Shown piece after piece: positions 16,912 to 26,649 of a stretch of DNA of 64,000 bases. The notes below the pieces were generated by a model. The model did no database searches. It had not been told where the DNA came from and saw only the letters and a program-made list of their open reading frames with translations. Position numbers and translations under genes: made by a program. This DNA comes from Candidatus Dormiibacterota bacterium (lineage in GTDB: Bacteria > Chloroflexota > Dormibacteria > Aeolococcales > Aeolococcaceae). The stretch is taken from the NCBI GenBank assembly GCA_963743835.1, contig CAVUQX010000005.1:347959-411958 (forward strand), given 5' to 3'. Position 1 is the first letter of the stretch; each line of letters opens with the position of its first letter.

Positions 16912-17307
16912 TCAGGAGCAGGCGGTGGCGCGGTAGGCGGCGTTGCCCAGGGCGGGCGCGAGCCTGCCCGTGAGGGTGATCGTCGCGTCGCGACCCGGGG
17001 GCGTGCACCCTTGAGGAAAGACCACGAACACGCTCCGGGCGCCGGCGGAGATGTACCCGTCGCAGGTCGTGTGGTTGCACACGTACGGCTCGAAGCTTCC
17101 CGAGAGGGTCGCGGTTCCATCCGAGTTGACCGATCTCACCGGGTTGCCGAAGAGCCCGGTGAACCCCACGACGAAGAGCACCACGATCACGACCACGGCG
17201 ATCACCACCACCGGCACGCCCCAGAACGGGCGCCGGCGCCCGACCGCCGGCTCATCGGTGACGGCACCAACCGATGCCTGCTCGGGGGCGCTCGGCGGAT
17301 TGTCCAT
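16912..17307 (-). CDS. small membrane-anchored Cys-containing protein
   Basis: One TM helix (VPVVVIAVVVIVVLFVVGF), 4 Cys in the ectodomain; start at MDNPPSAP. Confidence 0.4.
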   Translation of the reverse strand: MDNPPSAPEQASVGAVTDEPAVGRRRPFWGVPVVVIAVVVIVVLFVVGFTGLFGNPVRSVNSDGTATLSGSFEPYVCNHTTCDGYISAGARSVFVVFPQGCTPPGRDATITLTGRLAPALGNAAYRATACS

Positions 17308-17334
17308 GGCACTGGTACGGTACCGAAGTCCGCC

Positions 17335-18105
17335 ATGCGGCAGCCGATTGTCTTCGTCACCGACTACGGGCGCGACGACGCATACGCGGCGGCGCTGATC
17401 GGTGCTGTCTGGAACGTCGACGCCGCTGCTGTGTGCGTCGAGGGCACGCACGGGATCCCGCCCGGCGATGTGCTCGCCGGCGCCTACCAGTTGAAAGCCC
17501 TCGCCCGCGCGTTCACCGGCGGGGTGGTCTTCTGCGCGGTGGTCGACCCCGGCGTCGGCACCGACCGGCGAGCCATCGCCATCGAAGCCGGTGACGTCAG
17601 GTGCGTCGGCCCGGACAACGGGCTGGTGTCCTACCTCTGGGAGGAGGCTGCGCCGGCGGACCGCCGAGCAGTGCGTGTGGATGTCGCGTCCGGCGCCTCA
17701 CCCACGTTTCACGGCCGGGACGTCTTCGCGCCCTTCGCCGCGGTGCTCGCATCGCGGGAGCAGTTCGACGGCCAGCGCGCTCTCATCGACGACCCGGTCG
17801 TCCTGCGTGAAGCGTTTGCCCGGCGCGGTGGCGACCGCGTCACCGGGCGGGTCGCGGTGGTCGATCACTTCGGCAACGCCATCACCACCATTCGGGCCGC
17901 GGACCTCGATGGCGCCGAGGTCGGTTCGGTGACCTGGCCGGGGGGCGGATGCGCCGGTCTCGTCACCAGCTATGCCGACATCGACGGTGGCCCCGGAGCG
18001 CTGATCGGGAGCGCCGGCCACCTCGAGGTCGCAGGACGGGGCATCGCGGCGATTGCGGTTGGCGGCCCGCGCCTGGGCGACACCGTGGAGGTGCAGCTCG
18101 CGTGA
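17335..18105 (+). CDS. SAM hydroxide adenosyltransferase (DUF62, fluorinase/chlorinase-like)
   Basis: N-terminal IVFVTDYG..DAY and C-terminal DHFGN motifs typical of DUF62. Confidence 0.7.
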   Translation: MRQPIVFVTDYGRDDAYAAALIGAVWNVDAAAVCVEGTHGIPPGDVLAGAYQLKALARAFTGGVVFCAVVDPGVGTDRRAIAIEAGDVRCVGPDNGLVSYLWEEAAPADRRAVRVDVASGASPTFHGRDVFAPFAAVLASREQFDGQRALIDDPVVLREAFARRGGDRVTGRVAVVDHFGNAITTIRAADLDGAEVGSVTWPGGGCAGLVTSYADIDGGPGALIGSAGHLEVAGRGIAAIAVGGPRLGDTVEVQLA

Positions 18106-18833
18106 CGGCGAGCGGGCGCGAGACATTTGGCGATCTCACCTCCGAGCAGGTGGCCCAACTCGATGCAGCGGCCGCGGACGCCGGGGTGTCGACTCTGCAA
18201 CTCATGGAGATCGCCGGGTGGCAGGTCGCGCGCTGCGCCTGGGGCCACGTCGGCCGTACCGCGCGCGTAGGTGTTGTCGCCGGGTATGGCAACAACGGCG
18301 GCGACGGGCTGGTTGCGGCACGGCACCTTGCGACCTGGGGATGTGCGGTACGGGTGCTCGTCCTTGCCGCCGAGGCGCAGGTGTCAGGTGTGGTGCTGGA
18401 CCACGTCATATCGGCGCGCAGGTGCGGCGTCGACGTCCTCGTGAGCGCGGATCCCGACGCGGTACCCGGAGTCACCGTTGAGGCCGATCTTGTCATTGAC
18501 GCGATCCTCGGCACGGGGTTGCGCAGCGCGCCGCGCGACCCCCAGGCGAGCGGAATACGGGCCATCAACGCGTCGGGGGTCTCCGTCCTCAGCGTCGATG
18601 TCCCGAGCGGCCTCGATGCCACCACCGGCGAGGCCTTCGACCCCACGGTTCGTGCCGCGCTCACCTGCACGCTCACCGCGATGAAGCGGGGTTTGCGGCG
18701 CGGCGACGCCGCCACGCACGCAGGCGCGGTGTGGATTGCCGACATCGGGATGCCCAGAGCGGCATGGCACCGGGCGGGGCTCCACCGACCATCGGGTGTC
18801 ACTGGCGGGGAGTTGGTGCACACTTCGTCCTGA
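18102..18833 (+). CDS. NAD(P)H-hydrate epimerase (YjeF N-terminal domain)
   Basis: GxGNNGGDGLV motif (GYGNNGGDGLVAARHL); GTG start overlaps the upstream stop (GTGA). Confidence 0.7.
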   Translation: MTASGRETFGDLTSEQVAQLDAAAADAGVSTLQLMEIAGWQVARCAWGHVGRTARVGVVAGYGNNGGDGLVAARHLATWGCAVRVLVLAAEAQVSGVVLDHVISARRCGVDVLVSADPDAVPGVTVEADLVIDAILGTGLRSAPRDPQASGIRAINASGVSVLSVDVPSGLDATTGEAFDPTVRAALTCTLTAMKRGLRRGDAATHAGAVWIADIGMPRAAWHRAGLHRPSGVTGGELVHTSS

Positions 18834-18902
18834 TCTCCCCTTGACCGCAGAGGGGAGTCCCGGCTATTCTTCGACCGTACTCCGCGCCCACAGCGCAAAC
18901 GT

Positions 18903-19425
18903 CATGATCAACGTCTCAGCACACATCGTCCCCGAGGCGCGCGAGCTTGCCGCAACCGCACGCGAGCAGCTCGATGATCTAGTCACGTATGCGACGCATC
19001 TGGTCAATCACCAGGCCGACGCCGTGGCCTTCGTCGCCGGGGGGATCCATCACGCGAGCCGCTACCCGCCCGCGCGCCTTCGCGTCGATGGCCGTGCGGC
19101 GCTCTACCGCGCCGTGACCAGGGCCTGCCGGCACGGGCAGCGATTCCCACCGCGGCCGCAGGGCATCGGCAGGATGTTCCGGCGCGGCGCCGGACCCATT
19201 CGTGTCGAGGTCGAAGAAGGCAACGCCGGTCGCATCAATACCGTCAAGCGCGCTCTCGCGATGCTGGGCTTCGACCGCAGAGCGGCTCTGCTCCTTCGTG
19301 ACCTCTGTGGACTCGACTATCACGAGATGTCTCGTGCGCTCGAGTGCTCACCTGAGGCTGCGGCGCGGCTGGTGGCGGCGGCCCGCCGCGAATTCGGTTC
19401 CATCTATCGAGAGATCGCCATATGA
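18903..19425 (+). CDS. ECF-type sigma factor-like protein (region 4 clear, region 2 divergent)
   Basis: Sigma-70 region-4 HTH LLRDLCGLDYHEMSRALECSPEAAARLVAAARREF; stop overlaps the start of the anti-sigma gene (ATGA). Confidence 0.5.
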
Positions 19426-21584
19426 GGTGCAGCCTCCTCGCGCTCAGCAGCTACATCGACACCGAGCTCGACCAGGAGACGGCGGGTGAGCTGGAGGCGC
19501 ATCTGGTGGCGTGCGATCGTTGCCGAACGGCGATTGGCCACCTTCGCGAGGAATCGGGGCGTATCGGCGCGCTCGCCCGCGTCCACGTGCCCGATGACGC
19601 AGTGCACGACCTGTTCCTTCAGATCGGTTTGATTGCGGAGGACGACGAGTTGCCCGACGGACCTGTGCATCGCGATCGACCGGCTCCCGTGGAGGCCCCG
19701 CCCTGGTTCGGCGCCGAGCGAGGTGCAGCGCTGCCCTGGGCGCCCCGGCCGACCGGACACGATCCGTCCCAAACCCGCGAGTTGGTCGGGGAGCGCTCGC
19801 CGATCGCCGCGGTCGCCAAACCGCCCGAGCTGTTGCTCTGGAACGAGACGATCGACCAGATCCCGACCGCAGCGCCCGTGCCGCCGCCCGTGCACGTGGT
19901 GCCCGCTCCGGAACCGGTGCCGATCCCCGAGATCGAGCCGGAGCTGGTTGCGATCGAGCCATACCCGATCACGAGCACCGTCGTCGGTTTCGAACCTGCG
20001 ACCGATACCCATCTCAAGCCCGAACCGGTGGATCATTTCGACCGAGACTCGGTCTCCGCCTTCGAGGCCGAGGCGCCGTTCCCCGAACCCACGTTCAGCG
20101 AGCCGCAACCGCCGGAGGTCATGGCCCCAGAACCGCAACCACCGGATCTCTCGACGTCGGCGCCCATGGTGGCCCCACCACGCCTGGCCACCGGCCCGAA
20201 CGCATTCCAGCGGGTTCGCGACGTCGTCGCAGTTCGCTTCGCGCTTCGCCGTCGTGGGGAGGCAGACTTCAACTCCGGGGTCGAGATCGTCAGTGGGGTG
20301 GGTGCGCCTCGATGGGACCAGCGTGCCCGTTCCCGGCACTGGAGCGAGAGTCCGCCGATCATGGCCGCCGCCGCCCCCGCCCCCGCTCCCGCCCCCGCGG
20401 TCATCGAGCCGCGGGCGCCGGCCGTGCACAGGCCGAATCCGTTCAGCAGGCTCGTGGCCCGCATCACCGCCGCGCCGGCGGTCGCCGATGTCGACGACGC
20501 GGTGCCGGACGAGGCGCATGACGAGCTTGGATTCGCATCGGATCGAGACGTGACCGCACCCGTCGATGCGAAGGCAACGCAGAACGAGGTCGAGGCGACG
20601 CCACCGCCCGAGCTCGCCGACGTGCTCAGTGAGGTCGCAAGTCTTGCCGCGCCGCTGGAACGCCCCCATACACCGGTCGCCAACGGCACCTACGCGGACC
20701 CGCGAACCTGGATGGACGACAAGCCCGAGGAGCCGACGTTCCAGTACCGCGGCGCCGGAAGTGCTTCAGCCCCCGCCGCAGAGCCGGACACCCCGACAGT
20801 CGAGGAGGGCGAGACACCGTTTGGCGAAATTGGACTGAGGGACGAGGGGGCATCGCCACCGGCGGTGGGGCGCCATGTCCGGCGTCTGCAGTCGGGCCGC
20901 TCGGGTCGCCGCGAGTGGAATCCAACCCAACCGGTCACCGGCCGTCACGTGTTGCCGCTCGGCGGACCTGCGGTCGCCGCTGCGGACCGCGACCGTCGCC
21001 TGTGGCTGTTCGGCGCAATCACCCTGGTGCTGATGCTGCTCGGTCTGCTCGTCGGCAGGCAGGTCACGCAAACGGGATCGCCGCTCGCCGCGACCCTGCC
21101 GCGCGCCACGCCCACGCACCACGCAACCACCGCCGCGCCACCGACGACGGCCCCGCTTCCGGTGGCCACCCCGGCGCTGTCGCCGATTGCGATCATCCCC
21201 ACGGCGCCGACGCCGCAACAGCTCACCGGGACCAAAACGCTCGGCAACGGGGCCAGTGGATTCTCGGTCGCCGACGTCCGCTACGGCGAGCATCCCAATG
21301 ACTTCCGCCTGGTGTTCGACATGGCATTCCCGAACACGGTCACCGGCGACCCGGCCACGGTGATCGGCTACGACGGGGCGACGACGCTCTACGTGGAGTT
21401 CACCGGCGTCAGCGGAGCGTCCAACATCGCGACCATGCCGCCGCACCAGGTGGTCGTGTCAGTGGTGGCGCTTCCCGCGGTTCGCAACTCGGACCGGCTG
21501 GTGTTCAAGATCACGCTGACCAAGAAGGCGGCCTTCGACCCCTACTACCTCTCGGGCGCTCGCCTGGTCATCGACATCACCTAA
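19422..21584 (+). CDS. ZAS-family anti-sigma factor with a long Pro-rich linker, one TM helix and a C-terminal extracytoplasmic domain
   Basis: N-terminal HxxxCxxC zinc motif (HLVACDRC); ~450-aa Pro/Ala/Glu-rich low-complexity region; TM WLFGAITLVLMLLGLLV; ~180-aa C-terminal domain. Confidence 0.65.
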   Translation: MRCSLLALSSYIDTELDQETAGELEAHLVACDRCRTAIGHLREESGRIGALARVHVPDDAVHDLFLQIGLIAEDDELPDGPVHRDRPAPVEAPPWFGAERGAALPWAPRPTGHDPSQTRELVGERSPIAAVAKPPELLLWNETIDQIPTAAPVPPPVHVVPAPEPVPIPEIEPELVAIEPYPITSTVVGFEPATDTHLKPEPVDHFDRDSVSAFEAEAPFPEPTFSEPQPPEVMAPEPQPPDLSTSAPMVAPPRLATGPNAFQRVRDVVAVRFALRRRGEADFNSGVEIVSGVGAPRWDQRARSRHWSESPPIMAAAAPAPAPAPAVIEPRAPAVHRPNPFSRLVARITAAPAVADVDDAVPDEAHDELGFASDRDVTAPVDAKATQNEVEATPPPELADVLSEVASLAAPLERPHTPVANGTYADPRTWMDDKPEEPTFQYRGAGSASAPAAEPDTPTVEEGETPFGEIGLRDEGASPPAVGRHVRRLQSGRSGRREWNPTQPVTGRHVLPLGGPAVAAADRDRRLWLFGAITLVLMLLGLLVGRQVTQTGSPLAATLPRATPTHHATTAAPPTTAPLPVATPALSPIAIIPTAPTPQQLTGTKTLGNGASGFSVADVRYGEHPNDFRLVFDMAFPNTVTGDPATVIGYDGATTLYVEFTGVSGASNIATMPPHQVVVSVVALPAVRNSDRLVFKITLTKKAAFDPYYLSGARLVIDIT

Positions 21585-21594
21585 TCGAGGGCCG

Positions 21595-23169
21595 TCATCC
21601 GGCGGTGGTGGTCGCCTCCTCATGCGCCGCGGGAGCTTCGGCGCTGACGTTGGGCGCGCCATGGCGCTCGCGAAGATCGAACTTCAGGACCTTGCCCGCG
21701 GGATTGCGGGGCAGCACGTCGATGAAGACAACCGACTTCGGTTGCTTGTAGCGAGCCAGCTTGTCCTGTGAGAACTCGACGACCTCCTGCTCGGTGAGGG
21801 ACACCCCTTCCTTGCACACCACCACCGCGCGGACCAACTCGCCCCAGCGCGGATCCTGCACGCCGATCACGGCGACCTCCTTGATGCCGGGATGCTGGTA
21901 CAGCGCGTCCTCGACCTCCGCGGGATAGACGTTCTCACCGCCGGTGATGATCATGTCCTTCTTGCGATCGACGATGAAGAAATACCCGTCGGCGTCGCGG
22001 ATGCCCACGTCACCGGTGTGGAACCAACCGTCGATCAGCACCTCCGCGGTGGCGTCGGGTCGATTCCAGTATCCCTTCATCACGTTTGGGCCACGAACGA
22101 CAATTTCGCCCCGCTCACCATCGGGAACGTCATGACCGTCGGCGTCGACGACCTTGACGTCCGTGAAGAATGGCGCGATGCCCGCCGAGCCGAGCTTCTC
22201 GGACGCCATCGCCGAGGGGAGGAACGACGCGAACGGCGAGGTCTCGGTGAGCCCATAGCCCTGGTTGAATGGAAGGCCGCGGGCACCGTAGACCTTGATC
22301 AGCGCTTCCGGAACCGGCGCCCCGCCGCACGAGAGCACGCGGATGCTGCTCAGATCGCGAGTGGTGAACTCGGGATGCTGTGCCATGAACAGGAACATCG
22401 CGGGAACGCCGAACATCGATGTGATGTGGAACTTCTCGATGTTCTCGAGCACCATACCGGGCTCGAACATCTGCTCGAGCACCACCGTCGCGCCTTTCAA
22501 GAAGGAGAGGAGTGGCGTGACGTTGAGCCCGCCGATGTGGAAGAGCGGCGCCACCACGAGGGTGATCTCCTGGGAGGTCGCGTCATCCGCGAGCATGGCG
22601 TTGATGTTGTTCCAGATGATGTTGCCGTGAGTGAGCATCGCTCCCTTGGGGCGGCCGGTCGTCCCCGACGTGTACATGATCAGCGCGACGTCGCTCATCG
22701 CCACCGGGTAATCGAGGTTGGTGTCGCGCTGATCGTGAAGCAGCGAGTCGAAGCCGCGGGCACCACGCTGCTCAACGGCGCACACGTATTCGCGAACGCT
22801 CAGATCGTCGCGGATCGAGTCGACGATCGCTGAGAAGGCCTCCTCATACACCAGGGTGTGCAGGCCGGCGTCGCGAACGATGAAGCTCAGCTCGGGCCCG
22901 GTCAGCCGGAAGTTGAGCGGCACGAAGATTGCATCGAGCTTGGCCGCGGCGAACAGGGTGAAGAAGAAGTGGGGATGATTGAGCCCGAGGAACCCAACTC
23001 GGTCGCCGGGGTTCACTCCCAGCGCGTGGAGTCCGTGAGCCACCCGGTTGGTGATCCGATCGAGCTCCGCGTAGGTCCACCGCTCGTCGCGGAAGATCAG
23101 CGCGATGCTGTTCGGGTTGAGCTGTGCGCGCCGGCTCAGCGTGAAACCGATGCCCTGGTCGTTCGCCAT
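21595..23169 (-). CDS. fadD: long-chain fatty-acid--CoA ligase (AMP-dependent synthetase)
   Basis: AMP-binding motif YTSGTTGRPKG, GYGLTE, and the C-terminal PRNPAGKVLK motif. Confidence 0.85.
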   Translation of the reverse strand: MANDQGIGFTLSRRAQLNPNSIALIFRDERWTYAELDRITNRVAHGLHALGVNPGDRVGFLGLNHPHFFFTLFAAAKLDAIFVPLNFRLTGPELSFIVRDAGLHTLVYEEAFSAIVDSIRDDLSVREYVCAVEQRGARGFDSLLHDQRDTNLDYPVAMSDVALIMYTSGTTGRPKGAMLTHGNIIWNNINAMLADDATSQEITLVVAPLFHIGGLNVTPLLSFLKGATVVLEQMFEPGMVLENIEKFHITSMFGVPAMFLFMAQHPEFTTRDLSSIRVLSCGGAPVPEALIKVYGARGLPFNQGYGLTETSPFASFLPSAMASEKLGSAGIAPFFTDVKVVDADGHDVPDGERGEIVVRGPNVMKGYWNRPDATAEVLIDGWFHTGDVGIRDADGYFFIVDRKKDMIITGGENVYPAEVEDALYQHPGIKEVAVIGVQDPRWGELVRAVVVCKEGVSLTEQEVVEFSQDKLARYKQPKSVVFIDVLPRNPAGKVLKFDLRERHGAPNVSAEAPAAHEEATTTAG

Positions 23170-23237
23170 ACCTGGAAGCCTCCGATTGCCACTTCGCCGC
23201 AGAGCGATTCTCCCATCCACCGCATGGGAACGTTTCG

Positions 23238-24005
23238 CTAGGCGGTCCAGCCTCCGTCGACGACCAGGACTGACCCGGTGACGAACGATGCGGCGTCAGA
23301 GGCGAGAAAGAGCGCTGCTCCCGCGATCTCGTCCGGGACCGCGTGGCGGCCGAGCGCGGTCTGCGCGAGGATGTGGTCGTGGATCTCGGTCGTCTCCACG
23401 AGGTAGCGTGCGAGCTTGGTCTCGACGAGGCCCGGTGCGATCGCGTTGACACGGATCCCGAGCGGGCCCAGCTCACGCGACAGCGTGCGCGTGAGCGTGA
23501 TGAGCGCTGCCTTGCTCATGTTGTATGCGCCGGTGAGGGACTCGGGACGTATGCCGGCGACCGACGCCATGTTGATGACGCTCCCGCCGTGGTCGCTCAT
23601 CCAGGCGGCAACCGCATGGCGCGTGAGGCGGATCGGGCCCATCACGTTGACGTCCCAGATCTTGCCGATCGCCCCCTCGTCGGCGTCGAGGATCGGTCCG
23701 TACTGCGGGTTGGTCGCAGCGTTGTTCACCAGGATGTCGAGCCGCCCCGTTTGGCGCATCACCTCTCCGACCAGCGCCTCGCAGGTCGCGGCGTCGCCAA
23801 CGTGCCCGGGCACGGCGACGGCCAGCCCTCCCCCGGCGACGATCTCAGCAGCCGCGGCCTCGCATGCGTCGCCGTGACGGGCGTTGAGCGCCACGGTTGC
23901 CCCCGCCTCCGCGAGCGCTTTGGCGATGGCGAGCCCGATGCCGCGGCTCCCGCCCGTCACCAGGGCGACACGGCCGTCGAGAGCGAACCGCTCAGCGACG
24001 CCCAT
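23238..24005 (-). CDS. SDR-family oxidoreductase (FabG-like)
   Basis: TGGSRGIG, NNAA, YNMSK motifs. Confidence 0.8.
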   Translation of the reverse strand: MGVAERFALDGRVALVTGGSRGIGLAIAKALAEAGATVALNARHGDACEAAAAEIVAGGGLAVAVPGHVGDAATCEALVGEVMRQTGRLDILVNNAATNPQYGPILDADEGAIGKIWDVNVMGPIRLTRHAVAAWMSDHGGSVINMASVAGIRPESLTGAYNMSKAALITLTRTLSRELGPLGIRVNAIAPGLVETKLARYLVETTEIHDHILAQTALGRHAVPDEIAGAALFLASDAASFVTGSVLVVDGGWTA

Positions 24006-24007
24006 GC

Positions 24008-24658
24008 TCAGTTGAGGCTGGAGGTGCCGGCGTGGTCCTTCGAACGGACCAGCATGCGGTCAAGGAGCGCTGCCTCGCGGCGGAGCAGGCGCAGGCACGC
24101 GACGAGCCGCTCAGCGGTGCCGTCGGTCTCGAGCAGGCGCTGGCGCTGGGCGGTCTCGACCTGCATCGCCGCCGCGACGAGGTAGGACAGCAACTCCGGG
24201 TCGGAGGGCAGTCCGAACTCGAACTGGTCCTCCTGGCCGATGCCGCGGAGCTGTCCGGCGTAGCCACGAAAGGCGGAGGTGACCGCGGCTGCGAGCCGCT
24301 CCGTGTCATCGACCGCGGCCGGGATGTCCTGGAGGTAATGGACCGAGCCGACCAGGTATGGCCGCTGGTGTGAGAACGAGTCGACGTGAAAGCGAGACGC
24401 GCCCACAACCGTGAGGTTGTACCCGCCGTCGGGGAGTTCCTCGATCTCGTCGAGCTGCGCCAGCGTGCCGACCTGGTACGGGACCGCGCCGCCACCGGTC
24501 TCCTGACCGGAGCGGATCGCGACGATGCCGAAGGTGGTCGACGCCCTTCGGCAGTCCCGCATCATCGCCTTGTAGCGCTCCTCGAAGATGTGGAGCGACA
24601 TCGGCATGTGCGGGAAGAGCACGGTGCCCAGCGGAAACAGCGGGACTTCGATGGCCAT
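24008..24658 (-). CDS. LON N-terminal substrate-binding domain protein
   Basis: PLFPL..VLFP Lon N-domain signature at the N-terminus. Confidence 0.6.
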   Translation of the reverse strand: MAIEVPLFPLGTVLFPHMPMSLHIFEERYKAMMRDCRRASTTFGIVAIRSGQETGGGAVPYQVGTLAQLDEIEELPDGGYNLTVVGASRFHVDSFSHQRPYLVGSVHYLQDIPAAVDDTERLAAAVTSAFRGYAGQLRGIGQEDQFEFGLPSDPELLSYLVAAAMQVETAQRQRLLETDGTAERLVACLRLLRREAALLDRMLVRSKDHAGTSSLN

Positions 24659-24686
24659 CAGGTGACGGTCCGCGCCCGCATAGCGC

Positions 24687-24884
24687 CTAGGCGGCTTTGC
24701 AGTTCTTGGTGTGCTTGATGATCCGTTCGCGGCGCGGTTCGCCTGGACGGCGGCTGTGCCGGAATGCGATCTCGACGCCGATCTCGTTCTGACGCATGAA
24801 GTTGTGGCAGATCGGGCACCGGACGTGTGTGAGGATGTCGCGCTGGGAGGCGACGCCCTTGGATTCCTTGATCGTGTTTGCCAT
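24687..24884 (-). CDS. small zinc-ribbon-like protein (65 aa)
   Basis: CPICHN...NCK cysteine pairs; basic; local GC lower (~58%). Confidence 0.35.
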   Translation of the reverse strand: MANTIKESKGVASQRDILTHVRCPICHNFMRQNEIGVEIAFRHSRRPGEPRRERIIKHTKNCKAA

Positions 24885-24953
24885 GGCTGCTGAGGCTCCT
24901 TGAGGGATGGGCTAATTCGATTGTACGCGGCGTCGGGGTACGATTCGCCGCCG

Positions 24954-25487
24954 ATGTCTCAATACCTCGGCGGCCTTCGGCTGCGTCTCATCGGCATCGC
25001 GGCGGGCGCAGCCCTGACCGGTCTGGCACTCGGCGGGTGCGGCACCCTGGTCACGGTCAGCAGCCAGATCACCCCCCCGCCTCCGAACTGCTCGACCCCG
25101 CGCCCGGTCAGCGCCTCCGACTCGTTCGGCACCGTTGTGGCGCTGCAGCCGGGCGCTTCCGGTCTGCAGTTCGGGGAGATCAGCGTCGGCTGCGGGAAGG
25201 TCGCCAAATCCACGTCGAACGTGAACGTCCAGTTCACGGTGTGGCTTTCGACGGGCAAGCTGGTGATCACCACCCGAGGGGCGAATCAGCCGGTCAACGC
25301 CCTGCAACTCTCCAACCCGTCGACGCTCCCGTTCTGGAGGGTGGGTGTGCCCGGCATGAAGGTCGGGGGGACGCGAAGGCTGATCGTGCCGCCCGCGCTG
25401 GGGTTCGGTGCAACCGGGAACTCGTCGGCGAACGTGCCGGGCAACGCCACCCTGGTCGTCGACGTCGAACTGGTCTCCGTGGCCTGA
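24954..25487 (+). CDS. FKBP-type peptidyl-prolyl cis-trans isomerase lipoprotein
   Basis: Lipobox LALGGC; FKBP C-terminal motifs GVPGMKVGGTRRLIVPPALGFG...ATLVVDVELV. Confidence 0.75.
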   Translation: MSQYLGGLRLRLIGIAAGAALTGLALGGCGTLVTVSSQITPPPPNCSTPRPVSASDSFGTVVALQPGASGLQFGEISVGCGKVAKSTSNVNVQFTVWLSTGKLVITTRGANQPVNALQLSNPSTLPFWRVGVPGMKVGGTRRLIVPPALGFGATGNSSANVPGNATLVVDVELVSVA

Positions 25488-25503
25488 GCCGCCGCTGCGC
25501 GGG

Positions 25504-25623
25504 CTAGGAGCGAGCCCTGCTCCAGAGGATGAACAGGCCCAGGCACGTTCCCGCGGAGAGCAGGACGAACGCGACTGGGATGCCGATCACCACCGAGAGG
25601 CCGGGAGCCGACGTTGCGAACAT
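25504..25623 (-). CDS. possible 39-aa single-TM micro-protein
   Basis: MFATSAPGLSVVIGIPVAFVLLSAGTCLGLFILWSRARS; speculative. Confidence 0.2.
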   Translation of the reverse strand: MFATSAPGLSVVIGIPVAFVLLSAGTCLGLFILWSRARS

Positions 25624-25676
25624 GCGGTGTGAAGCATACCGCCAAGACGATCCTCGTCCCGGCTGCCGGGGTCAGC

Positions 25677-26366
25677 TCAGGAGGCGACTTCCATGCGGGC
25701 GCCGAGCAGTCCCAGCTCGATGTCGTGCATCACCGTGATCCGGAACGCCTGGCGCGCGGCGGCATCCAGCTCCGGTGCGACGGTCTCGTTGCGCGGCCGG
25801 CCGATCCACGGCGGCTGGTGGCGGCCCATGGGCTCGCCGCCGACCCGCACGATGACCGCGCGATCGTCTTCCTCATCGACCTCGATGGACACGTGCTGGA
25901 GGACGCCGGTGCTGTCGACCAGGGTCCAGGAGCGCAGCCAGACGGGCATTGTGCTTCCCGGAACCCGCACCGGACGGACGGCGCCGCTGACGACGTATGC
26001 GTCCTTATGGGGAGCATCGGCGGTGAGCGCGATGCGAACCGCGGTGTCCAGCTCACCACCGACCCAGGTGGCGAGCGACGGGGCGCGGTTCTCGACATCG
26101 GGCAGCATGTGCGTGAAGAAACCGTTCGAGAGTGAGGGTGCCACCGTGGCGTGGCGGCGGCAGTAGGGGAGCCCGAGGACAATCCGGCTGTGCTCGTCGC
26201 ACCAGGTGGTGCCGCACTTCACCTGTCGACGGTCCACGTAGGTGCAGCGGCAGGTGGCAGGCTTGGAGCACTCGCCGTCGAGGCACTTGCCCAAGGTGTC
26301 ATGGTCGCCGCCGTCCGGCCCGCTGCCGCCCGACTGCTTCCTCGCGAGCCGCTGCCACGGCTTCAT
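25677..26366 (-). CDS. hypothetical Cys-rich protein
   Basis: ORF with an N-terminal cluster of ~10 Cys (CLDGECSKPATCRCTY..CGTTWCDEH..YCRRH). Confidence 0.4.
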   Translation of the reverse strand: MKPWQRLARKQSGGSGPDGGDHDTLGKCLDGECSKPATCRCTYVDRRQVKCGTTWCDEHSRIVLGLPYCRRHATVAPSLSNGFFTHMLPDVENRAPSLATWVGGELDTAVRIALTADAPHKDAYVVSGAVRPVRVPGSTMPVWLRSWTLVDSTGVLQHVSIEVDEEDDRAVIVRVGGEPMGRHQPPWIGRPRNETVAPELDAAARQAFRITVMHDIELGLLGARMEVAS

Positions 26367-26535
26367 CTTGTCCAACGTAGGTAACTCCTCGGCACCCACG
26401 AAACGGTGCCAGGACCACAGCCTAGTCGCCTTTCCGCCCCGATCCCGGTGAGCGCATCCATCTTGTTACGCCTCGGATGCCGGTCGTGACCTCGGCAAGT
26501 CGCCAGGGAACCGCTCCCTCGCGATCCTCCGTAGT

Positions 26536-26612
26536 TGGTACCCCGTATCGGATTCGAACCGATGGTCTCCGCCTTGAGAGGGCGGTGTCCTGGGCCACTA
26601 GACGAACGGGGC
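26536..26612 (-). tRNA. tRNA-Glu (anticodon CUC)
   Basis: Manually folded cloverleaf: acceptor GCCCCGT/ACGGGGT, anticodon stem CCGCC/GGCGG with loop CTCTCAA, T-arm ATCGG-TTCGAAT-CCGAT, encoded CCA. Confidence 0.85.
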
Positions 26613-26649
26613 CCGAAGGCCCCGGATCATATCAGCGCTACAAGACGGC

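Noticed and set aside
19404-20669. 421-aa minus-strand ORF across the anti-sigma gene
   Set aside because: Antisense to the anti-sigma gene, which carries a clear ZAS motif; Gly/Arg-rich.
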